Positions 49,200-60,529 of a stretch of 64,000 bases of DNA are shown in pieces. Position 1 is the first letter of the stretch. Each line of letters begins with the position of its first letter. The translations under genes were made by a program, and so were the position numbers. The notes under the pieces were generated by a model. That model was not told the DNA's origin. It ran no database searches and saw nothing but the letters and a program-made list of their open reading frames with translations. The DNA is from Eledone cirrhosa (taxonomy: Eukaryota), in assembly GCA_964016885.1 (NCBI GenBank), contig OZ024741.1, positions 47,306,001 through 47,370,000 on the forward strand, written 5' to 3'.

Positions 49200-51060
49200 A
49201 CATACAACAAGGAATACTTAGGCACACATAACCTCAGCAGCCTCTTCCCCACAAGGCTAGAAATCGGCAGAGCACCCACCATTACCTCAATGGCCAAGAA
49301 GACCCACACAGAAAATGGAGCGGGTAGACCAGAGCCATATGGACCTCCGAAAACCATGATGAATTAAAGACAATGATCACACATGCAGTGGGGCCAGTAT
49401 AAAACTAACCCTTAAGGAACATATGTTCAAATTTAATGGCAAAACATATGCCCAAGGAGAGAGGGCAGCCATTGGCGTTAGCATTGCAGGTGACATAGCT
49501 AACCTCTTTATGGTATGGTGAGACAGAAGACTTAAAGAACAATTAGACGACAATTTTATAACCCTGACTATGTACTCCCGCTATGTATATGACATAAATA
49601 TCGTAGTAAAAACACTCCACAGGGGAACAGTCAGGAATTAGAGAAGAGCACCATGGAAAGCATCCAACAAATACCTAACTCCATCCACCAGAGTATTAAA
49701 GTTACTATAGACTACCCAACTAAACACCCCAACCATAGATTACCTGTACTAGGCACAGAACTCTGGTTGGAAATATTAGTAATAGAACGTAAATCCTCCG
49801 GTCGCATTATGCCAAACCCATGACCTCCAAATACCTGATCCACCGAAACTCAGCTGTTTCAGATCACATAAAAATCAACATACTGATTGCAGACTTAGTA
49901 AGAGTGATGAGGAACGTGTCCCGCATGTGCAACCCCAAAGAATTAGAGAGACACATACGTTACTTCATCCACCGCATGCAGTTCTCTGGCTATAATCAGA
50001 GACAAGATCAGAGTATATAAAGGAGCCAGACCCAAATGGGCAAAGATTGTAGAAAATGATGCAAATAGGAACTTGCCCCAAGTATAGGAGCAAATTTTGG
50101 AACAGAATAGAAAGGATTAGGAATAAGGTAAATAAAATAAACACATGGTATGATAGCAATAAATACCAGAGTGTAATGTTCGTCAATACAACCCCTAGAG
50201 GCGAACTAGCTTACAGATTCAGAAGGGCCTTAGACAAACTCAAATTAAATATTAAGATAGTTGAAAGACCAGGTATTCCCATAAAAACCTTAATTAGCAA
50301 AACACCCAATTCAAAGATTCCCCGGTGCTGATAGAAAATGCATAGTCTGTAAGCTAAGCCCACAAACTAACTGCAAAACTAGGAACGTAGTATATAGCAT
50401 AAGATGTACTGAAGGACAGTGTAGGAATAAGAATATAACATACATAGGTGATACAGCCCGTAGCATAGAAGAAAGAATAAGTAAACACTGGTGAGAACTC
50501 CAGGATGGGAATAACTCATCAGTACCCCACCAACATGCCAAAATAGAACATAGGGGCACATTAGAGAACATAGAGATAAAAATGATATCCACACACAGAA
50601 AAGATGCAATGCTCAGACAAATCACAGAGGCGACAAATATAAACGAACTCCAACCAAAATTAAACAGAAAACATGAGTGGAATAGCAACATCACAACTAG
50701 TAATTAACGACAAAATGAAGACATACAGACACACACGAAAACCAAACTAACAAAACAAATCAGACACACACAGAGATAGAACAAACAAAAACTTGTGACA
50801 AGTAAATAAACACATGAATGAATAAATAAATAAATAAAACACACACGGGTGTAACGCATGCGCAAACTAAGCACACAACATACAAAAAGATGGTGTAGAA
50901 TAGAACAATGGAGAGACACAAAATAATAACCTAGTCACTGAGGAAGTCACAGAATGTGTGACGAAAGAGCTTTGACAATATATAAACAACCTTCCGGTTA
51001 TCGAACCAACCAACCGGAAACTTATAATAAATTGAAGTGAAGACCAACAGGTGTGTGTCT
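49200..51060 (+). mobile_element. Degenerate Penelope-like element (RT plus C-terminal GIY-YIG, Naiad-like) with a downstream pseudo-LTR
   Basis: MFKFNGKTYAQ...AIGVSIAGDIANLFM, YSRYVYDI, LIHRNSAV..KINIL...LVRVMRN; CIVC...NCKTRNVVYSIRC..TYIGDTARS..DAMLRQITEA..LNRKHEWN ending at ~50707. Confidence 0.85.
50934..50976 (+). ncRNA. Minimal type I hammerhead ribozyme motif in the PLE pseudo-LTR
   Basis: gtca-CTGAGGA-a-gtcaca(gaatg)tgtgac-GAAA-gagc-TT-tgac. Confidence 0.75.
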
Positions 51061-51194
51061 TTTTATTGGCAGCATGACCCTCTCAAAGTATAACAATATA
51101 TATATGTATGAATCCTGGGTTCAATTAGGGGTAGCCTCAGTAAGGTACTCAAAACATTAGTAGAGTGTAAACATCAAAATTAATATAGAAATGG

Positions 51195-51660
51195 CTTCTA
51201 TATGGACGCCGCGGTGAATGTAGGGGTCACTACTTCTGGTGCCGAACGAAATAAAATTTGGAAATACTTGGATTTATCCAGTAATCATTTTTTCCAGCCT
51301 GTGGTGTTCGAGACATTTGGTGGAGTCGGGCCGCTGACAGCGTAATTCTTGGCATTATAAATTGCCAACAATTCTTTCAGAATAATATTACAAATATAAA
51401 CTCATAATTATTTTATTATCATATAACAAATATATAAGATTAAATAAAAGTACATACATATAATCAATTAATTATTGCAACCAACCTTAAAGAGTGTCAA
51501 GTTTTATTCAGTTATATAAATAACATTACAAATGTTTTGAATTTATACATAAATACCATTACAAACAACATCGTAATAACACAAAAATATACAATCTAAG
51601 CGACCCCACTCTCCGAAAAATATCAATTCAATACCCTGTGCATCAATCGGTCACACGCCA
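51195..51660. mobile_element. CRE coding fragment (+, 51195-51350) and CRE 3' UTR remnants (-, 51360-51660)
   Basis: DAAVNVGVTTSGAERNKIWKY.DLSSNHFFQPVVFETFGG, homologous to 37045-37190; minus strand gtgtgaccgattgatgcacagggtattgaattg. Confidence 0.7.
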
Positions 51661-53274
51661 CACATTATTAGATTTAAATGTTTGTTAACTTACTGTGTTC
51701 ACACATAAACAATTAATCAGTATTACGTTATGTTTACGAAACTAACAAAGAAATCAATTTTGTTAGATTGAGGTTTGTGTAGTCTTACGTCTTCAGCCGT
51801 AGATTCGTATCTCCGTCACAATCGAGCAGTCAAATTGGTTGTATATATATGTCTGTGTGTATATGTATATATACATCTATACGCATACTTATTGTATATA
51901 AACTACAGTTAAAGACTTCGTGTTAACTTCTCTGCTTGATTCTTACAAGTAACGAATCTATGTAAAAAGTTACACAAAAGTTGACAAAACATTTGAAAAC
52001 TTCAATTTAATAACTTTATTAAATTCTTTGGTAGTTTGGTAAAAAATGTTGATTTAATTTATACTCTCGGATCTCGAATAATGCCCCCTCTGCTGCTTAT
52101 TAATTTTTCCGATTTTTTTCCAGCCCCACATCCGCTCTCATTCCACCCTCTATATTAAATTTTGCTACCCCATCTCCGGCGAAATTTTTCTTTATACATT
52201 AAAAAACATTACGCATGACCAGAAATGTACATTACATGTAATCCCATACGTTATGAAATAAATAGGATGGGTTGGGATCTCAATATGTAAACTAAACTAC
52301 TAATTCTAGTTTTTTTAAAAATCAACGGAGACAACATAGAAAAATTACCAATTTTCCAACTCCTTTGCTTATCTTTCTCCGTAAATTATTACAAGTACTA
52401 AAAGATGAAAAAGCTGCTGGCATGCTGCATGATTAAGTTGAACTAGTTGTTGGGCCCTTGCCGACAGGGCCAAAGTTTCTTGGTAAGTTCTACATTTTGC
52501 CAGTTGCTAGGGGAATGAATTTAGTAACGTCCTGTGTCCATGAAAATGAAGCCCAACTGTGTGGTAGAAATCAAAAGAGGCGCGAATTTCCTTGCTGGGC
52601 GGAAGTTACTGCTTCGTATTCCTACACCGCCGACTTACAGACCTGGTGACTGACCAAGCACAACCCAATTGTTCCGCCGTGATAAGGTAGTGGCATTGCT
52701 TACAACAGGGTGTGTGTTTTTTTTGGCGATTGTGGAAAAATTATGTTTTCATTTTACAAAAAGAGATTGAACGGGGTGGGAGGGGGGTTCAGTTTTATTG
52801 TAAATGGGATGCACTAAACTCATTGAGTAAACAGTTATGTTTATTTATTTTTTATGAGGTAATATAACAGAAATTATGAGAATATAACCAATATCAAATA
52901 CTCCCGTTCTTTAAATATTATAACAAAATGAAAAATAAAGCTGAAAGATGTCATGGTCTGTTCTATTAAACAATGGTGCTTAAACGATAACAAAAGCTCT
53001 TGACTTCTTCATTTAAAAAATGGGCAATTAATATGCTAGAAATAGCAGTCAAATTTCTCTCAAGTCAACCCTACAATCTTCAAAATAGAAGTAAACACAA
53101 TGAATGTAGTTCTAGATACAATATGGCTGAAAACAGGTTGGGTCGGTATACTCCACTGAAGGACAATATAATCATGGCTGGAATACCTTTACCCATAGGT
53201 CAGCTAGGTTGTGACTAACATGAAAGAAGAATGTTATCCATTATCCTAGAGTTATATATATACATACACAAACA

Positions 53275-53350
<76 letters not shown>

Positions 53351-53596
53351 GGCTTAAAAATGGAATGAGAATAAGAAGAAAGCAAGAACGGGGGGGGGGG
53401 GGGGGGTCCTCATCAGTTGTCTCTTGGGGGTCTCGGATATTTCAACGCTTTAAAGATAATATATCTAATATATATATATATGTATATATATATAAGTGTT
53501 GAAGTTTCCGTGGAAAAAGTAAAAGGAATGAAGAGTGCTCTATGTAAGTTACAGAGCTAAATATTTAATGTATAATAAACAACACAGTATAATTAC

Positions 53597-53662
53597 CTCA
53601 TTACTCGAGGTTTCCCGAATAGGACGAACACAAGAGACGTCCGCATTCGTTCGTCAGATGAA
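53597..53662 (-). ncRNA. Type I hammerhead ribozyme motif in the loop of a 42-bp inverted repeat
   Basis: Minus strand ttcat-CTGACGA-a-cgaatgcggacg(tctcttgtgtt)cgtcctattcg-g-GAAA-C-ctcga-GTA-atgag; cleavage triplet GUA. Confidence 0.78.
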
Positions 53663-53678
53663 AAAATGAGGTAATTAT

Positions 53679-54444
53679 CATCATCATCATCATTCTTCGA
53701 CTACTGTCGAGATGATGGATCTCACTCTCATGCCCCAGAACTCCCTGTCCCCCATCGCTTCCCCCAGGCCCTGTCTATTGATTCCCGTATCCCTAGAGAT
53801 CATTATGATCAGAAACGGGACTCGGGAAAGCAGGGGTTGGACCTATATCAACAGGTATACCATATAATGTGGTTCCCTGAGGAACAGGAACCCTGGTGCA
53901 GTTAGTTGCGAAATCCATCATCTTTTCAAATAGCTAATAATGTGTGTGGGCGCCACTACTACACACATGTGAAAGAATTTGACAACCAAGTCTTGAAGAA
54001 GGTGCTTTCTCCTCCGTGTGGTGGGTTACCCGGCGCCAGATACCAACCTGGCATTTATACCCTCGCCCTAATTGTTCGTGATGCAAGCACTAGAGTAGTC
54101 GCTAACCAAAGCCACGGACCCACTCTATCCGTCTGGAGATACGTTGTACTAGCATACTAATAGCAGGAAGTAACGTCAGGGAATGTGACTTTTCCGGCAC
54201 TGCAGCGCCTTTCGGCGGGCCGTGCTGGTTTTGGATGGCCATTGACTCCAAGAGCTCTAAGAGTTCCCAGGAGTTCCTTTTCCCTTTGACAGGTTTTGTT
54301 TTTGTTTTATGTCAGGTCACCAGTTGGTGCTACTGGTAATATGTATCCCAGTACAACCTGTCACATGGTCGGAGGGGGGGGGGGGCTCGTTGGCGACTAA
54401 ACTGGCAACCCCACCAAGATTTCTTGGTGAGGCGGGTGACTTTG
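53679..54444 (-). mobile_element. 766-bp non-autonomous RTE-type retroposon with (ATG)n tail and 11-bp TSD gaggtaattat
   Basis: TSD at 53668-53678 and 54445-54455; 3' end reads ISRDTGINRQGLGEAMGDREFW..IISTVVEE* followed by (GAT)n. Confidence 0.75.
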
Positions 54445-54494
54445 GAGGTAATTATACTGTGTTGTTTATTATACATTAAATATATATATATATA

Positions 54495-57400
54495 TGTACA
54501 GCCACCGGAAATAACATCTATGAAATAAACAGCTCCATCTATCTGCTTAGCTAGCTACCTCACTGTGAAACAAACAACTCTTACAGCCACCAATATAAAA
54601 CGCCTACGCAGCGGCTAAACACCAAACGATTATTTTTGTATAAATAGAGTGATTCCAAAAACTTTCACCAGTAGACCTTTGGCAGAGTCAGCTAGCGTAT
54701 CGTTGTTCCTCTCCTCTGCCACGCTTGTCACTCACACACGGCTTGTACCTCTGTATCGTCGCTTCATGTATGAAAATAAATAGCTGACCGAAACTACATC
54801 TCTCGCCTTGCTCGTCCTTTCAGCTTGTGCTTTCGTCTGTTCATCCTTACCGTATGAGACAACAGTCCTTTTAAGGGCTACCCTCATATCCGATCAGACC
54901 GTATGCGATAACAGTCCTTTTAAGGGTTATTCTCGGATCTGATCAGAAGTAGTGACCAGACTGACTAACCACGTCGCTACAATTGGTGACCCCGACGTGA
55001 TTCGAACACGCATCCAGACAGCAGCCTAACAAGATACCAACATGGACATGTCACAACCAACGACAGAGGCCGAGATACCAACCACATAAGCGGCTTTAAC
55101 ATTGAAAGTCCCTGTGTTTTGGTCCAACGACCCGACTCTGTGGTTCGCTCACATAGAAGCACAATTTGGCGCTAACAGAATTAAGAGCGATTCTGCAAAG
55201 CTCACCTACATCATTGGGTCTGTCCCGCCAGAACTCTTGGCTGAGGTGAGGGACCTCGTCATGGCACCGCCGGGCACGGTGTCATATGAATCATTCCGCA
55301 AGGAATTGATCAAGCGAACGACCGCGTCACAGCAGAGACGACTCAACCAACTCGTGTCTGCAGAAGAATTGGGGGACAGAAAATCATCCCAACTATTGCA
55401 AAAGATGAGACAGCTGATGGAAGACCAGCCGCTTTCAGAAGATGTGCTGAAACGGCTGTTTATACAGCGCTTGCCCTTATCAATGCAAGGCATTCTGGCG
55501 TCGACCAACGAGTCAGCAACCCGGAAGAACTGGCGAGTGTCGCAGATAAGATCGCTGAGGTGTCAAACCCTTTTGCCTCAGTGGCACAAGTAGATCATCG
55601 GACGAACCTTTACGTAGCCTCCTCGGACTCCACCTCCGAGATTTTTTAGAGCTGCGGGCTATGATCAGAGAACAGGCTGGTCAAATTAAAGCCCTCTCAA
55701 ACCAATTAGAGAACCTGACCTTTCAAACACACCGGCGGCGCAGCAACAGTAGGTCCAGGCCCTTTCACCGTCGAAGATCCAGAAGTCCCAGTCAAAATCG
55801 TGTCTGGCAACCTCTGCTGGTATCACGAAGAATTCGGCGCACAGGCATCTAAGTGTAGGGCTCCGTGCTCTTTCCAGAATACCACCCAAGGAAACGGGCA
55901 GACCAGGGCCTAGCGACGACGTTCACCCCTGGTACTGAGAAGAAAAGTCGTCTGTTTTTTATCAACGACCAAGCGACAGGCATCCGTTACCTCGTGGATA
56001 CAGGAGCCCAGGTTAGTGTTATTCCTGTTTCTCTAGTCTCGGGCAAAAACACCCAACCCCGTCCTTTCTGTAGGCAGTGAACCAATCGTCAATTCCGACT
56101 TTCGGGGAGAAATCACTGACCCTCAATTTAGGCCTGAGCCGTCGTTTTCAATGGGTGTTCGTCGTGGCAGACCTGCCGACCCCTATCTTAGGAGCCGATT
56201 TTCTCCACCACTTCAACCTTCTGGTGGACATGAAGAACCGGAGGCTTATTGACACCACCACAAACCTCACTGTGAGAGGTATATTTACCACGAAATCCAC
56301 AGTGAGCCCTGTAATTTGCAAGTCAGAGCCTTCGCGTTACAACTGCATTCTCCAGAAATACCCAGACATCACTCGCCTGGTACTAAAGGATGGACCTATT
56401 AAACATAGTGTCACACATCACATCGAGACAAGAGGACCACCCACAGCTGCCCGACCAAGGAGACTGCCTCCAGCCCGATTGAGACTGCCTCCAGCCTGAG
56501 TTTCAACACATGCTAGACCTTGGAATCATTCGCCATTCCTCCAGCAACTGGTCTGCACCCCTACACCTTGTTCCTAAAAAAAAAACCGAGAATGATTGGC
56601 GACCATGTGGGGATTATCGTGCATTCAACAATTCTACAGTACCCGATAATGACCTTGTACCTTACTTGCACGACTTTTCTGCCTCTCTGCAAGGCGCAGG
56701 CATCTTTTCCAAGATAGATTTGGTACGGGCATATAACCAGATACCTATGGAGCCTGCAGGTATTCCGAAGACCGCAATCACAACACCGTTCGGTTTATTT
56801 GAATTCCTGCGAATGCCGTTCGGTCTGCGCAACGCCGCACAAACTTTTCAGCGGTTTATTGACACCGTGTTACGTGATCTACCCTTTGTATACACGTATA
56901 TCGACGACGTGCTGGTAGCAAGTACTTCCGAGCAAGAACACGAGAAGCACTTAGATCTTCTTTTCCAACGTTTGGCCGAGTACGGTATTATCAGCAACCC
57001 CAGCAAGTGCCTTCTCGGCGTTCCTTCACTGTCCTTTCTCGGGCACATCATTGATAAAGACGGCATTCGTCCACTTCCTGAGAAAGTAGAATCTATCCGC
57101 AATTTTCCCGCACCTACATCACTTCGGAAACTGCGTGAATTCCTCGGTTTGGTGAATTTTTATAGGCGTTTCATCCCTCATTGTGCCGACGCATCCAGAC
57201 TCCTCACGGACCTTCTTCGCAACCGGACTCGGAAAAACGAAGACATCACTCTGAACGAGGAAGAATTAACATCTTTTAACCGCCTGAAGGAATTGTTGGC
57301 AAACGCTTCCATGCTTGTTTTCCCCAGATCTGGCGCTCCTCTTTCGCTGTTAGTGGATGCATCAGACACGGGAGTTGGAGGCGTTTTACAACAATATGTC

Positions 57401-60383
57401 GACGGCGTTTGGCAACCCTCATCCTTCTTTTCTAAGCGGTTACAACCTGCAGAAACCAAATACAGTACGTTTGGCCACGAACTCTTGGCAACCTACCTTT
57501 CGGTTAAACATTTTCGTCACATGCTCGAAGGATCAGATTTCGCGATCTACACGGACCATAAATCCCTAGTTTATGCGTTCCGTACCAAACCTGATCGACA
57601 TTCACTGAGAGAACTCCGACACCTGGATTTTGTCTCCCAATATTCAACTGATATTCGGCATATCAAGGGATCAAACAACGTAGCAGCCGACGCCCTGTCC
57701 CGAATTCAGTTGAACGCAATACATGTACATTCAGGCATCGACCTTCAACAGATCGCAGCTGACCAAGAGACTGACGAAGAGTTTATCAAGCTCCGAGATT
57801 CGCCATCCCTCAAGTTTCAGCAAGTTCCCATTCCTTCTTCTCCGGGACAAATTTGGTGCGACCTTTCTACCGGCCATGAACGACCGTACGTACCACGGAT
57901 GCATCGTCGACAAGTTTTTTCTGCTTTACACTGCTTGTCTCACCCGGGAATCCGGGCTACACAGAAACTCATCTCTGCTCGTTTTGTGGACTAACATTAA
58001 CAAGGACGTGCGCGACTAGCCCAGGAGCTGCATTGCCTGCCAGAAAGCCAAAGTCCACAGACACATCAAAACTCCACTCAGCACATTCGCGCAACCTGAT
58101 GCACGTTTTCATCATGTGCATATCGACATCGTCGGACTTCTACCACCATCACAGAACTGCACACACTTGCTCACCTGCATAGATCGATTTTCCCGTTGGC
58201 CTGAGGCTTTTCCCATAAGTGATACCTCAGCGGAAACAGTCGCTAAAACTTTGGTTTTACACTGGGTATCACGTTATGGCGCCCCAGCGAAGATAACAAC
58301 GGACAGAGGACGCCAGTTTGACTCCCACCTCTTCTGGGAACTGACTCGCCTGTTAGGATGTAAACACATCCGCACGACAGCTTATCACCCGCAAGATAAT
58401 GGTCTCGTGAAAAGATTCCATCGCCAATTGAAAGCTGCAATAAAAGCATATCCAGACACTGGTTTGAATACCTGCCACTCATCCTTCTGGGCATTCGATC
58501 CACCGTTAAGGAGGAATTCGGACACACACCTGAAGAATAAGTGTACGGCACCACCCTGGTTCTACCTGGTCAGATGGTTGCTCCCATCTCTCCTCAGGAC
58601 GTTCCAGACCCAGGATCATACGTACACCGTCTTCGACAATATATGTCTCACCCGTCAACAGAACACGGCCACACACATACCTTCAGAAGATTGAACACAC
58701 GTTTTCGTTCGAAACTACACCATCTCAGCTCATCTTCGACCTCCATATTCTGGCCCTTATCGTGTCGTAAAAAAAATATCCGAAATATTTTATTCTCGAT
58801 CTAGATGGTAAACAGAATTTTAAAAAGCCATCATGGATACTGTTACAGTCTCTATACCAGAAACTCCAACAGATTGCTGTCCCAGCAAGCCACCTGTTTC
58901 ATCTCCAGTCACGAGAAGTGGACGACGTGTCCATTGGCCTGCCAAGTTGGCACAATATGTGAATTACCGTTAACTTCAAGTGAGTTTCTTAATCATTCTT
59001 CTTGCAAAACATTTCCATTTTCCTTGTGTTTACTATTTCCAGTTTAAAATACAATGAACTTTCTGCTTGAACAATTGCAATTTATAGTGACCATGTGCTC
59101 ATGTCACGAAGAACATTATTTATTATGAACATTATCTATTACAAACACTATTTAAGAACAAACATTGTGTATAGCATTTTTTTTTTCTTCTCTCTCTTGT
59201 TTTGCAAAATTTTTTTATTTTTCTTGCTCTGCAATATTAATTGTGTAATTGCCATAATTTTTATACACATACAAGGCGTGTACATATTCTATTTTCCATG
59301 CACACTACACAACCACGTTTGTTTCACCTTTGGTTCATACACTGAGCAATAGATATTTTTGTCCCTCTAACTCTTACACTACAAAATGTTTTCTCTTTGA
59401 TCTCGCATTTCACAAATCGCATCCTCAAAACACTGGCCTTCTTTTTTTCACGTACACATTCACTCAATAGCTCGAGAATGCCTCGCTATTTTTTACCACA
59501 TGCATTCGCTCAAGTCATATGCTTTGGAGCAAACTGTTACTTTTAGGCAACACGCTTACAGCCATTCAGTTCATACATTACGGTTATTTTCACTGCCCTG
59601 TTAGACTTTTTGTCACGCAATTCACAGGCAGCTCAATCCAAATAGCAACAGGCTCATTCATCACGCCTGCATAAATTTGGTCAAAGTCATTTTATAGTTT
59701 TTTTGTTTTTTTTTCTCTCTTCCTGACACACACATCTTGCCATATCATCTCTACATCGACTCTGTCTTATACTCGATGATCACTAAACTTCACAACGTGC
59801 TGGACACACCTTGGGCTATTGCCATGACAAATGCACCACTGGCTCATTACTATACGATATTTTGCTCTTTTGTTGTACAAAAGATCTGGTAGGGGGCTAA
59901 TGTACAGCCACCAGAAATAACATCTGTGAAATAAACAGCTCCATCTATCTGCTTAGCTAGCTACCTCACCGTGAAACAAACAACCCTTAAAGCCACCAAA
60001 ATAAAACGCCTACGCAGCGGCAAAACATCAAACGATTATTTTTTGTATAAATAGAGTGATTCCAAACGCTTTCGCCAGTCGACCTTTGGCAGAGTCAGCT
60101 AGAGTATCGTTGTTCCTCTCCTCTGCTACGCTTGTCACTCACACACGCCTTGTACCTCTGTATCGTCGCTTCATGTATGAAAATAAATAGCTGACTGAAA
60201 CTACTCGCCTTGCTCGCCCTTTCAACTTGTGCTTTCATCTGTTCACCCTTATCGTATGAGACAACGGTCCTTTTAAGGGCTACCCTCAGATCCGATCAGA
60301 TCGTATGCGATAACAGTCCTTTTAAGGGCTATTCTCGGATCTGATCAGAAGTAGTGACCAGACTGACTAACCACGTCGCTACA
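54495..60383 (+). mobile_element. Full-length Ty3/Gypsy LTR retrotransposon, CsRn1 clade (degenerate); LTRs 54495-54981 and 59901-60383
   Basis: TG..CA LTRs within a (TA)n tract; tRNA-Trp PBS at 54984; gag KVPVFWSNDPTLWF and CHCC motif CWYHEEFGAQASKCRAPC; protease LVDTGA; RT YIDD; RNase H DAS..TDHK; integrase [14 protein letters not shown]; PPT ctggtagggggctaa. LTRs differ by roughly 20-25 substitutions plus a few indels. Confidence 0.96.
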
Positions 60384-60529
60384 TATATATATTTAATTAG
60401 ATGTTTAGTGTTCTGCCAGACCCAGGATTATTTACTTGAGTAAATATCACCGGAATCTAACTACTAAATTTTATACAGAAAAGGATAAGATATATTTACA
60501 AAACACCATATTGAATACAAGTCTTCATT

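Noticed and set aside
50320-50500. In-frame TGA codons in the PLE as selenocysteine
   Set aside because: One arises from a frameshift, and the other (HW*EL) is not at a Cys position and fits CGA>TGA decay; no SECIS recognised.
54984-55015. tRNA-Trp gene on the minus strand (also 21213-21244)
   Set aside because: Only the 3' ~30 nt are present, including encoded CCA, directly after an LTR: these are primer-binding sites.
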